The notes beneath the pieces are model-generated. The model worked only from the letters and a program-made list of their open reading frames with translations, made no database searches and had not been told where the DNA came from. A stretch of 64,000 nucleotides of DNA from NCBI RefSeq assembly GCF_001194135.2, contig NC_068981.1:119253803-119317802 (forward strand), in the 5' to 3' direction. A program made the position numbers and the translations under genes. Origin of the DNA: Octopus bimaculoides (taxonomy: Eukaryota). Below are positions 1 through 12,500 of this stretch, in pieces. Every line of letters starts with the position of its first letter. Position 1 is the first letter of the stretch.

Positions 1-434
1 TTGTACTAAAAATATTATTATAATAAGAAAAAAGGAAACCAGTACCGAGAGAAAGAAAGAGAGATGAGCTGAATATAAGCTGACTATTTTTAACATGGGC
101 ACAAACTTGTGCCTACATTAGAAGTATTATAATAATTATTTTTAGGATGGCAGAATCAACAGAATGATAGACAGAATGCCTTATCGTATTTTACAAATCC
201 TGCTAGAGTTCACTTTGCTCGAATCCTTCCCAGGGTAAAATAGGTACTAGTTAAATACTGGTCTTGATTTAACCTCAAATTTATTATTTTATGTTTATTT
301 TAGAAATAACAACAAATATAATAATTATTATCACATTGCAGAAAATGTATTTACTTTCATTGGTGTCCTCTATAGACTTAGTCACATAATTGTTGAAACA
401 GAATCTCTTTCATATTTTACAGAGGCTTAATAGA

Positions 435-810
435 GTGCCTGTCCTCACTTATGGTCATGATTGTTGGGTAATACCTGAAAGAGTACAATCATGGATTCAA
501 ATAGCTAAAACGAGGTTCCTCTGAAGGGTTTCTGAAGTAACATTATTCATCAGTGTGTAGCTCAGAGATCAAGGAGTCTCTCCAGTTCAAGCTGCTACTT
601 CTCTACATTGATAGGTCACAGTTTCAGTATTATGAACATGTAATTAGGATGTTGCAGGAGACCTAAGGGTAGACCAAGAATGAGATTGTTGCATAATGTC
701 CATAGTCTCTGTTGTGCTTTGGAGACTATCCAGAAAGTCTTATGATGGTTGCTTCTGATAGAAGGAGTTACTTGAGGACTCTACCCCTACAACCCTCCCA
801 GGAATAATGG
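435..810 (+). mobile_element. Degenerate RTE-clade LINE 3' fragment, Expander/Rex3-like
   Basis: With frameshifts it reads VPVLTYGHDCWVIPERVQSWIQIAKTRFL*R...LLLYIDRSQFQYYEHVIRM...RPKGRPRMR, matching the C-terminus of Rex3/Expander RTE ORF2 as I recall it. Confidence 0.7.
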
Positions 811-956
811 GCTGAGAAGATGCAATGATAATACTTGGAACACCAACAAGATAAAATCTGTACATCCTTCTCTAGAATATTTTCAAATCATGTGTTAGAG
901 ATACTTTCCAAGTCATGGGCTTGGCAGTACTACAGCAAATTAGAAATAGTCTAGAT

Positions 957-1274
957 CAGTGGTTCTCAACTAGGGTCCATATAATTTTTGGTGGGGTCCC
1001 ACACAACAAAATAGTAAATTGAGTTCCACAGTAGCATTTTAAGGACTCCTAAGAAAATTTTGCTTTAGATGTATGTATTGCAAGAAATAGCTAGGTTTAA
1101 TTCCCTAACATTTTACATAGTTCAACCTACACAAGTTTGTGTGAAAAACAAAATGGGAATTTTGGAAGAAGTTTCTGTAAAACTAGTTTTTAAACATTGA
1201 ATAACTATGGGGATCCACCTGAGTAAAATGATAATTAAAGGGGACCATAGATAAAAAATGGTTGATAACCTATG
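957..1274. mobile_element. hAT (Charlie-type) MITE
   Basis: Imperfect TIR cagtggttctcaac ... gttgataacctatg; 8-bp TSD gtctagat (949-956) / gtctagac (1275-1282), matching the NTCTAGAN Charlie target. Confidence 0.75.
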
Positions 1275-1785
1275 GTCTAGACAGATAAAGCGCTATGATG
1301 ATTTGTGTTTGTCTAAGACTTGTGATGGACAATAAACCACACCCCTCTACATAAGTCACCTGTTTCTGGAACCAGCTTCTCAGAATATGTTGAATACTTG
1401 TAATGGTCAGCATATCTCCTTCAACTTGATGACCAAACAGTGTTTTGTTGCTTAGGTGCCATGATAAAAAAAAATAATTCGGTGGATGTGTTTGGGAGAG
1501 TCGACAGGAATTAGAATGGCAGATAGGCTGATGGGTTTAGGTTTCACTCTGGTTTTGTCTGTTCTCTGAATTCAGAAGAATCTAGTTGCTTGAAATAATG
1601 TTGATATACTTTAAATTTATTATTATTTTAATGTTTTTTTTTATAGCTATTATATATTTACTATAATTATTATGACTCCTTTTCCTTTTATAAATACTAT
1701 CATAAAAGTTATTTTTTGATGGGTATTATCTTTTGTCATATTAAAATTTTGAGGTTGTGCTGTTTGTCACTCCCAAATTGTTCAA

Positions 1786-4597
1786 CCGTTTCGTTACCAT
1801 ATTTCTAACCAAAATACACCCCTTATGTGTTTCAATTAATTTCTAACATAATCATAAATTTAGTCTGGTTTCATTAAACAACTCTAACTTTTTTATTTAT
1901 CAGCATATTAATGTGATTTTTGGAAGATAATTTAACGAAAGGTTCTCAACCAATTCTATACCATAATTTTTGTCACAAAGTGACTCTAATTACAGGTAAT
2001 TTCAACAAAATATAAAATTATTAAAATTTTTGTTCAAACATCGCTATAGAAAATGGGTTATTAGCTAATATTCAATTGGGTATACAACAAAATTTTACTA
2101 TTGAAGAGTTGTGCACATTACTGNNNNNNNNNNAACAAAATACACACACACCATCAACTAGATTAAATAAGCTCTCCCATATACATAGATACACAGAAAT
2201 ATACAATAATGATTTACAAAAGAAATTAATCAAAATTCGTCACTCACCTTACAGGTAAATTAAAATTACACATAAAGAAAAATAAAAACGAAGTAAATTT
2301 GAAAATATAAAATCAAATCACACATATATACAAATCAAACAATATTCCTATCATGAAAACTTGTAAAGCACCCTGCTGTACATAATGCAACCTTGCAGAA
2401 TGCACATTGGAAAGTTGTTCCAACAGCCCTTCCACTAGGAGCTTTCCTTTTTCGATGAAGGCATCCGCGACACTGCTTTTTGCGACCCTCGATTCTTTTC
2501 TAATTTATGGAGATCGGCTGAATTCAGAGGGATATCTCTCTGGCAGGCTTTGCTTTTTCTCCCTACAGTTATTATTTTTTTGAGGAATAGCCAGCTCTTA
2601 GTTGCATTGCTACATCTGCATGGAACGGCAGATGGTCTCATCGCTTTCGAGCCGGCTCCGATTTGGTATATAGTATAAATGCATTAGTAATACTCATATT
2701 TACTATATACCAAACCAGGTATCGCCACCATTTATTCCCCGGTCTGTCAACTGGATAATAAGACATCATGTGATTCAGCCGATCTACACCACCCATGTAC
2801 CTGTTATAATCGAGGTTCACAAATGGCGTGCCATTTTCATCCACATGTGACCGTGCACAGGTAGACAGAAAATTAATCTGCCTCTTATCTCTGTATGCGG
2901 TCACTAGCAAATTTCCTTTCTGCTGTTGAATTATTTCACCTTTTTTTTTTATATTCAACGGCAGTCCTTTTCTACTAGCGATCACTTGTAGCACCTGAAT
3001 GTGTTGCCACAGTATCCAAATTCTTCGCAAGTTTGACCAAACTGAAAAAGTGGTCAAAAAATAATATACGGCCCTGGTTATGGTATGGAAGTGATAAATT
3101 CCAGACCACATCATACCCTAGACCATGCTGACTTACATAATTGTCTCTTTTGCCAGTATAAAATTCGGCACTGTCATGGTATTAGCTGTCAGAAGTGAAA
3201 GTAGAAAAATCTGACAAGGAACGTATCCTATTATTTTTAAACTTCAAACTTCATTTGTTTTCTATTTTGATAAATTCTCTCCGTTGAAAATTATATTTTT
3301 CTATTTTAAATAATTTGCAATTTCAGAAAATATATTTTTATATTAAATTTGCGTTTTCTAATTTGATAAATTCTACGGATACAAACAGAGGTGAACGAGT
3401 GATAGATAGATATATATATAGAGAGAGATAGTGAGATAGACAGACAGATAGATAGCTCCGGCTAGTCAGTAGCCAAAGAATCGACTCAAACCAGCAGTAA
3501 CGTTCCTTGTCAGTTCTACTTTCAATTCTGACAGCTAATACCATGACAGTGCCTAAAATTCAAATTCAGAGCAGTACCCAGTCAAACTTTGATCCCGTTT
3601 TGTGGGCTTTCCTGGCATATATTGTCGAAAACACACACACGGCCTTCATAGCCCACCATACCCTCATCAATTGATAAATGTCTCCCTTGTCTATGAACCG
3701 TTTTATATGTGTTTTGAGTCAATGAGGGGTCTTATTTTAAATAAGGGATCAAAGTCTGGTTCTCCACGTACTGGTGTACTGCTCGTGTCTCTTATATGTA
3801 GATATTGAGTTAATTTCAAAAATCGTGTCCTCGTCATTATACTTGAGACATATTCGTCTCCAAAGGGTTCATCACTACTCCAGTAATTTGTTATTCTGGT
3901 TAACTTTCTAATGCCCATAATAATATTTATGGCAAAATATGCCTTAATTTCATTCAAGTTTGTGGGAAACCACAAACTATCCTTTCTTACGCTTTGTTTA
4001 CATTCAGCGTAACGATTTGTTTCCGCCGTAATCATTTCAAATAGGTACATCGGTAAGACTGTGACTTGGTCCAGTTTCTTCAGAAAAATCACCGAAAGAA
4101 ACAGTTTTAAAATTTTCACTCAATTCAGGTACCAATTCATTCTCTATATCGCTGTCATCGGAGCTCTCGGATTCACTGCTTTCACTTTCGGAAAATGAAA
4201 CTTCAGATTCATTATCAAATACCATGTGCTTTTTTTTCTGGTTACAGAGTTAGATTTATCAAAGTCTTCAATGGAAAATCCTTCAAATTCTGACTCGCTG
4301 CTTGACAGAATAAAATTCGTATCCATTTTTTTGTCAGCATTACAAATTTTAAAAACACAACAGAAACAAATTTGGAAAAAAATCTCACAAAATTAAAATA
4401 ACACGTCGATCGTTGTACAAAACTATAGCTGAACTGTTTACGCAGCATAATCACGTGTTTTAACGAATGTACTAACGAGATTTGCTCTGAAAATCTCATT
4501 TAAATATGAATATGTGATTACGCGCGGTTTTGGGCGGCTTGGTCACGTGAACCAAAATTTTTTTCGGGCAGCTTTGGGCGGTTTGGTGACGAAAGAG
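1786..4597 (-). mobile_element. Full-length degenerate piggyBac transposon (PGBD4-like transposase pseudogene about 4326 to 2335)
   Basis: Minus-strand fragments: acidic N-terminus, EIKAYFAINIIMGI..NYWSSD..IMTRTRF, SIDE, FDHFF, YNRYMGGVD..KWWR, and C-terminal CRD CRGC..CAFCKVALCTAGCF..FH; TIRs ccgtttcgttacc / ggtgacgaaagag (10/13); TCAA on both flanks; subterminal direct repeat ttgggcgg(c/t)ttggt. Confidence 0.92.
3167..3553. mobile_element. Non-autonomous TIR element (MITE) nested in the piggyBac ORF; 8-bp TSD, GG terminus (Merlin-like, tentative)
   Basis: About 55-bp TIRs ggcactgtcatggtattagctgtcagaa...ctgacaaggaacg; TSD taaaattc at 3159-3166 and 3554-3561. Confidence 0.85.
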
Positions 4598-5600
4598 TCA
4601 AATTCTTTTCTGGCAGTAGCTCTTTATTGAGTATTGAGGTGAGAGGAGGTTACATGTTTATGTGGTAAATAATGAAAAATAACAGTATTTGTAAAAGTGC
4701 TTACATTATTTAGGTATGTAACTTTACATTCAAAGTTTGAATTGTCGTTTTTTTGTGATTGATGAAATATTTAGCAGACAAAAAATGGAATCATTTTAGT
4801 TAACTATCCTCTTCATGCACACCTCAATTTGAGGTCTTGTATCTATGTTAGAAATCATACCATCATCAGTGAGTTTGACACAAAGTAGTAAAACATTAAA
4901 ATAGAGGCTTTCTGATATAAAATAGCTTGTGCTCAAGATCAACTAAGATCAATATATGAAACAAACTTCTTCCAAAAATGGAAAATTGTTTTTTTGCTAA
5001 ATAATATTTATTGTATACTTGTGTATGTGTTACATTCTTTTACTGGTTTCAGTCATTAGACAGCAACTATCTTAAAACTTCAATGGTTTTAGTTTTGTTG
5101 AGCTGAGTGTTCAGTCTGGTGCACATTTTATCAAGTTTATTTGTTGAACAGTTAAGTTCAGTTGTTTTAAGTTAGGTTCTATGAAGGAAACAAATACTAG
5201 AAAGTAATTCATTTTGAGGTATCAGTTTACACCATTACACACACATGTGCGATGGGGTTCCACCTTTCAAATTTTACTCTTAAGGAATTGGTTACTCCAA
5301 GGCCACTTGCTCTTGGTGCCAAGCAATGGAATAGGAACATGGAACTACATTATTGCAAAACATATATTGTTTTCTTTGGTGTTTGAATTATTCAGAACTG
5401 TAAAAAGATGCCCTGAAACTTTTATTTAATATCTGTTTATGAAATCTAACTAAAGCTAAATAATCTTGCTTAGTTATATTTATCAACACTCTAAATCAGT
5501 TGTTCTCAAATCATTTTGACTTAATGTTGGCAGACTGGAAGTTAGATAAATAAATAAAATATTACTGGTGTACTTCACATGGAAAGTCAAACAAACATAT

Positions 5601-6015
5601 GCACAAGTATGGTTGTGTGGTATGAAGCTTGCTTCCCAACTGCATGGTTCCGAGTTCAGTCCCACTGCATGGCAATTTGGGCAAGTGTTTTCTCTTATAG
5701 CCTCAGGCCGACCAAAGCCTTGTGAGTGGATTTGGATGATAGAAGCTGAAAGAAACCCGTCATATACACACACTATATATATATATATGTGTGTGTTCTC
5801 CCCCCCCCTCCAGCCACTGTTTAACAACTGGTGTTGATGTGTTTAAGTCCCCATAGCTTAGCAGTTTTGCAAAAGTGACCGATAGAATAAGTACTAGGCT
5901 TAAAAAAGAAAAAAGTCTTGGAATCAATTTGTTCAACTAAACCCCCCTCCAAGGTGGTTCCCCAGCATAGCCACAGTCAAATGACTGAAACAAGTAAAAG
6001 GTAAAAGATAAAAGA
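5601..6015 (+). mobile_element. tRNA-derived SINE, main family
   Basis: A box ggttgtgtgg, B box gagttcagtccc, central (TA/TG)n, tail ...gactgaaacaagtaaaag. Confidence 0.85.
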
Positions 6016-6796
6016 AACCAAGTTTTAAAGTCAGAAATAAGAAAATGTACAGAAACCTAATCCTTAGCTTTATATAGTCATATCAGAGTATATAAGAAAA
6101 TTATGATCAACATAGTGACGTCAGTGCATGATTAACATGTTTTTTAATATACTGAAACCGTAATATGGATTTTCTAGAGACTTGTATTTTAAAAAATCCA
6201 AGGTGTATCTAGGTGTCCTTGCAACTTGCCACTGTGCTGTGTTTTAAAGACCATTGCTCTAAATGTACATTTTAATTGCATAAAAGAAATGCTAAATTAG
6301 TTGGTGTAGGTGACATTTTACATAGCTGAATGAACACTCTTACAATTATCATCGTCATTATTTGATATTACTTACATGGGTCAGATGGAATTTGTTGAGG
6401 CAGATTTTCTATAGTTGGATGCTCTTCTTGTCTCCCTCTGTCACCTCTTTCCTAGATAATAGTTAATCGATTCTGTGGTTAGACATTTTTTACAGAAGAC
6501 TATAAACAGTTAAGCTCATTTACAATCATGTGATGTCAAGACAAAGGTACACACACGTGCGCGCTGGGTTTCTTTCAGCTTCTGTCTACCAAATCCACCC
6601 ACATGGATTTGATCAGCCCAGTGTTGTTGATAAAGATGTCCAAAATGCCACACAGTGAGACTGAGCCCAAGATCACATGGTTATGAAGCAAGCTTCATAA
6701 CTGCACAGTCATGCCTATGTCTAGCTATGCCTGTGCTTATATTTATTCTTTCACTAATTAAAATAATTACTTTGTAAGGTTTAAGGAAAATAAATG

Positions 6797-7250
6797 GATC
6801 ATCATCATATCGGTGTTCATTTTTTCATGCTTGCATTGGTTGGAAAGGGTTTATTGAAGGAGGTTTTTTAATGGCTGGATGTCCTTCCTGTTGCCAGTCT
6901 TCACTTGTTTCTAAGCAAAGTAATATTTTCCCATGGCCAGTCATGTTGCAAAATACTGCAAATGAACGACATTGCTTATATGGTAGTGGCAGTCGTTTTA
7001 CAATTAGCATACACTGTCAAGACAAGGAGACACAAGCATATACACACTCACACATGTGCACATATGTGCACACACATACATACTACAGGCTTCTTTCAGT
7101 TTCCATTTACCAAATCCACTCACAAGGTTTTGGTTAACCTGGAGCTGTAGTAGAATACACTTGCCCAAGGTGCCACGCACGAATGGGACTGAACCTGGAA
7201 CCATGTGGTTGGGAAGCAAACTTTTTACCATATAGCCTCACCTGCACCTA
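6797..7250 (-). mobile_element. tRNA-derived SINE, same head with an RTE-like (GAT)n tail
   Basis: Head as in the main family; 3' end aggaaggacatccagcc...agcatgaaaaa...gatgatg resembles the RTE terminus; related copies at 6350-6735, 14962-15395, 21004-21390 and 50380-50720. Confidence 0.8.
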
Positions 7251-7399
7251 GAAAATATAATGAAGTTGACTTTTAGTTATGCTGGATGGTATAATGCTTA
7301 CTTTTTCTGTATGAATTTACTAATACCATTAAATGGTTAACTACTTTTTAGAGTCTGACGTTCATGCTGGTAAACACAGTTCAGGCCATATTTTACATT

Positions 7400-7685
7400 G
7401 CTTGGAGTTTCTACCTATCACAATGGAGCACCATTGGCATACATAGTGATATGGATATTCCTGACTGAAAAAAATGTAATGATATGGATTATCTTGATTG
7501 TATGTTTCTATTTTTGTCTGTTTATTACTAGGCACAGGTTTAAGTTTGTTGTACTGTTTACACCAATTTCGAACATTGGCTTCATTAACATTAAAATGCC
7601 TTCCAGCAGCTCTTTTGTCACGTTCAAATGCATGTTCAACATATTTAATTTCTCCTTTGCAGTAAACGATTCATAAGTTCTGCCC
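7400..7685 (-). mobile_element. pogo/POGK-like transposase N-terminal (Brinker-type HTH) remnant
   Basis: Minus strand reads YESFTAKEKL..YVEHAFERDKRAAGRHFNVNEANVRNWCKQ (one frameshift); no DDE domain or TIRs seen. Confidence 0.5.
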
Positions 7686-9069
7686 ATACTGACAATAACA
7701 GTAATGACAAATTTTAAAGTTTGCTTGACATTTTATAAGTGTGAAAGGGATTAAAATTTCGATACTCTGTATCAAAAGTTCTGACAAGAATAGGCAGTAA
7801 AGAATTCTGTTTACATAATCAGTTTGATCAGTCACTTTCCTCTGTTGGCTGGGTAAAGTGTCATTCAAGTTGTTGTTTATTAGTAATTAAACTTAATTTG
7901 CAACACCTGTGTGTATTTATTAGCCTTGGTTTTGTTGGTAATTCTTATCAACAACTTTTCCTGTGATCGTGATTTGAGAAGACACAGCAGTATGCTAAAG
8001 ATCGGACATAATCTCTTGTGAGCAAGAAATGTAAAATAAAGTTTATTATAAACAACACAAACACTTTGTAATTTAATAGCTTTCAACGTGATACCTGTTA
8101 AACAGAAATTATTTTTATTTAATGAAAATTTAATAAAATCTAATCATAAGTAAGTGAAATTATGCTAAATACAACTAAATTGAAAACCTTTTCCCCCTGG
8201 CTGTATCAGCAATTCTGAAGTTTTAGGTGTGAATTTTGCATTTGTAGAAGCTTTTTTAAACAAATTTTATCCTGAAAATCATTCCATACACACTTCTAAA
8301 ACTACATGGGTTTTTACAGTAGTCTGAGCATCTTATCATTCATGATTTCTTGCTATCTTATTCATGAGATCTTTCATTCTGAAATCAGATTTCATTGCAT
8401 CTTCCTCTGCTGTAGGCTCCTTCTACTTAGATTTCTTGACATTTCTACATTCTTCATACCTGTCTATCTGCACAGTTTTCTTTCTTACACACTATACTTG
8501 AATGCTGTAATGCTCATTGTTTTTTCTCAGTTCATTTGCACCCTGTAGCTCATACATGTTGACATTAAAACCCAGTTAACAGGTTCACTTCATTCTCTTT
8601 TCTTTTCAACTTTCCTCATTCACTACCCATGGCTTGCTATTGTACAATATTGTACTTTATATGCAAGTATTATACAACCTGCCCTCGACTTGGAGAGAGA
8701 AACTCATTGTGGTTAACATAGGTAATAATTACTTGAACCCCTTTACCACCCTATTTTAATTCTAGCTAGAGTCCTTTCACAACACCTACTTCCACCACTG
8801 ATTATATCACCTCAACAGACTGTCAACTACTAGCAAGTATGTTGTGCAGATGAAAGATTGCATTTTGTAGATGCTTTTATTGCAAACTACTGCTTTGCAT
8901 CTGTAACATATGAAAGTTTTTTTCTGTTAGTTAGCTTAAGATTCCACCACATCTTTTGTGCACCCATTGTTTACATTGGATATATTGTATCTCAAATATA
9001 ATTGCAAATATTTAGAATAAAAAATAAATGACATTTCTAAATCTTAAAATTTTCTGCATTACAAGTAAA

Positions 9070-10700
9070 TACGAAAGCCTGTGGTGTTAGGATTTGCAAG
9101 GAAATTGAGGCATCTTTTAGAAGTATGTATGGAATGATAATGGTGCACTTGATCTCACTGCTGCTGAAAAGGAGGAGGCATAGAAATGTTATTACAACAG
9201 GCTGTTAAATAATGGAATGTATAAATAAGTAAAGTTCTACCTCAAATAGAGTAAACAGAAGGACCAGCCATTGAAATTGACAACCATATAGTTGAAAGTG
9301 CAGCTAAGGATATGAAATCAAGGAAGATAGTTGAACCATCAGGGGTAATTGTTGAGATGCTTAACCCTTTAGCATTTAAACTGGTCATATCCAGTCCAAA
9401 TATTCTACCTGCTTTATGTTCAAAACAACCAGATCCAGCCTCTCATACGTATCTTAGAAATGTCATTCTAAAAATAAACAATCACAACGTGATCGATGCC
9501 AAGCCCACTTGACTGGCTCCTGTGCCGGTAGCACATAAAGAGCACCCACTACACTCTCAGAGTGGATGGCGTTAGGAAGGGCATCCAGCTGTAGAAACAT
9601 TGCTAGATCAGATTGGAGCCTGGTGTAGCCACTGGCTCTCCAGACACCAGTCAAACCGTCCAACCCATGCCAGCATGGAAAACGGATATTTAATGATGAT
9701 GTTGATGACATCATCAAAATCTCAAAGCTACAAGATAATGCATGATTAATTGAAAACAATGTGATTAAATAAGCATTACATTTGATAGAATAATTTAAAT
9801 ACTAAATAGTTAAAATATCTGGCTAAGTATGTCACTGGTATTAGTCAGGTAATATAGAAGGGTGTCATACCCTGCAAAACAAAGCAGTATTATCCTTTGC
9901 TACAAGAGCAAAGGAGATATTCTAAAGTGGAGCAACTACAGATGCAACAAGTTGACAGACCAGATTATGAAAGTTACTGGATAAGTTATAGCACAACTAA
10001 TTAGGAAGAGAATTAGTCTTGACAAGGTGCAGTTCAAGATTATGCTAGGATGAAGGTCACTATCAGTGAACTCCTCCAAGTGAGATTACAACTGAAATCC
10101 TTAGGTGCAAGCCACTCTACCTATATTTTGACAATTTCATGTCCTACAGTTTGGTTGTCATGAAGAAAACTGGGGGCAAATGAATAACTTGTGAGAGCTC
10201 TGGAAGACATTTACATACAAACATGGAAAAATGTATGCAAAAATGATGTTAGTAGGGGTGATGGACAAGATGTATAATATCTATATTTGAGTCTCTCACT
10301 GCTGTCATGCATACAGTAAGTCTCTGTTGCTCTCCCTTTTTTCTCATTTTATCTATGACACAACCCCTCTCCTATCAATGTTCTTCTATTGCTTTATTAC
10401 TTTATCTCTCTTCTATCATACCACCTGTATAATGAGGGATAGTATTCCACAGATATGTATTCAGTCCCTACCTTACCACCATTTTTTTTTTTGCTAGCCA
10501 TCTTTTTACCACTCTTGTTAAGTAGAACCTGTAACCCCTTCCTATTGAGGCAACACAGAAGTTCATGATTCAGAACTAACTACTTCTATTGGTCTGGAGA
10601 AGGCCTTTGCCAGGGTTCCCTGCCTACAGTCAAGTGGTTATTAACAAAACTAGGCATAGAAAAATGGCTTGAGAGCATTTTGCAAACTGTGTACAGAGGT
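9070..10700 (+). mobile_element. Old RTE LINE RT fragment interrupted by nested insertions
   Basis: EGPAIEIDNHIVESAAKDMKSRKIVEPSGVIVEML|KISG...CYKSKGDILKWSNYRCNKLTDQIMKV..VIAQLIRKRISLD...GLEKAFARVP. Confidence 0.8.
9361..9813 (+). mobile_element. piggyBac-type MITE (TTAA TSD) containing an RTE 3'-end insertion (about 9495-9715)
   Basis: TTAACCCTTTAGCATT...ATACTAAATAG TTAA; same family as 18061-18284. Confidence 0.85.
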
Positions 10701-12109
10701 ACAGAGTACTCATGTTATCCATAGCCCTCATTGCTATCCATCAATCCCTCACTTTATTTCCTCCTCTATCATTCCTTGATGACATCCATCACTCTCCCTC
10801 TTATTTCTCTGTTTTCATTCACATTGTTCTTTATGATGTTTCTTATTCAATCTCATAACCAACATTCATCATGTAAACTCTCTCTAATTAATCTTTACTC
10901 TTTCATTACTCTTTTTCTTACTACTCTTTTGGTTTGGTTCTCTTTTATTTTCTCCCCTTTCTATTTGCTGGGAATAAGACAACCCCCTGGTACTGATAAT
11001 AAATGATGGGAGAGAGAGAGAGAACTCTAAAAGTCTATACAGTATAGATATGGTCAAACATGTTTCATTCAGAATGATTACACAATTTTGTGTATATGCA
11101 AGCATTTAAAGTTCAGTGTCCCCCCCCCTATATATATGTATTTATTTCCTTGAGAGATTTACAAATGAATTTAGCTCATTTTGGAACATCTCAACCTACC
11201 ATTATATTGTGAGAAAGAAGAATGTGAGATTGCTGAATGTTAAACAAGAGAAGGTAAAATTAGACATTTGAAGTGTCTAATTTTGTACACAGGTTTTCTT
11301 CGATGTAATATGAGGAGTTATGAATAAGAAATGAATAGAGTGGAATCAAAGACAGAAGGAAAAGGGAAAAGAAGAGTGGGATGAAAGAAAGAGATAGATG
11401 GTGTATAAAAGAAAAAAGGGAAAGGGAATAGAATAAATCATGAAGTGAGAGAAAAACTGGTTGAATGAAAAGAAACTCGCTACTGACTGACATGGCATAA
11501 ACACAACAAGCAACTGGGTAATTTATTCCTCCAAGAGACAGGTGTGGCTGGTATTTAAAACAAAGCTTTGTTGAATAATAATAGCATGGGTAAAAATGTG
11601 TTCATAGTTTGGGAGAGAGAAAAGTTAGTTTAAGGATAGAAATTTAAAATATTGTTTAAAATGAGAGAGAAATGAAAAACAAACCACCATAATGACTTGA
11701 CTTAGCTCCATATTTGTCAGCAAAAGTTGGTTGGAATGAGTCATCTGGTACTTATATTCCTGTTATCATTTCTATAGTTTTCAACATTTTGTATAATATA
11801 TATTTTTTTTGTTAAATTAGAAATTTATGATTCATAAGTATCATAAGTGCCCTGGCTCAAGCCATTAGATTTATAGAAAAAGAGAAAGGTGTTTGTGTGA
11901 CATGTATACTGTTCTACACTGACTGACTATTATTACAGCCCATTGATATGAAAATAGTTTAGTTTTTAGGTAAACATTTTCATTTTTAGATTATTCAGTT
12001 GAAGGTGTTATTGAGTTTAAGATGTTATTGCGATTTCAAGAATATTTAGTTTTTTTCTTGTGTTTTTTCTTTTTACATGTGGATCTGAGGAAGGGGCAAT
12101 GGTCTTAGG

Positions 12110-12500
12110 TTCTCCAAAATGGGTGAGAATAATGTTGTTAATGTTACACCTGTAGGAAAGATATGAGTAGGGAGGAGAATCCAGAGGGCTTAGGTATCGA
12201 ACAGAAAAGACTAGGCACAGTGGATGGTGTGGGACCAGTGGGTGGGGATGAGGCACAACAAGACTTGATGAGAGAAGAGTGGGCCAAAAGCACAATGCCA
12301 GCCAATTCCCAGGATCAGAGACCATTATAATAGTGATGGAAAAAAACATAGGGAGGAGACAGCACACTTATGGAGGATGCGTGTAATTTTAAGCCAAACT
12401 AACAAGTGGCTTTTCTCTAGCTGTGATCTAAGCTGTCTATGCATGAGTGGCAATAGCACCATCCTGGCTCTATTGGGCAGCAGCACTGTCCCAAATGTTT
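12110..12500 (-). mobile_element. CR1/L2-group LINE 3' remnant
   Basis: Minus strand: ILHKCAVSSLCFF.HYYNGL*SWELAGIV...ALWILLPTHIFP, resembling the HRRxVAxLxxFYxYYxG...LWNSLP..FP terminus. Confidence 0.5.

Noticed and set aside
5601-5680. tRNA genes suggested by A/B boxes
   Set aside because: They are SINE heads with no complete cloverleaf, and they continue into SINE body and tail.
5483-7231. Recurrent ORFs such as ...IYQIHSQGFG... and ...HTHTHT...
   Set aside because: These are translations of SINE bodies and microsatellites, repeated at many copies.
10731-11493. Hydrophobic ORFs 10731-11006 and 11260-11493
   Set aside because: They derive from CT-rich/GA-rich low-complexity DNA, with no domain similarity or splice logic.
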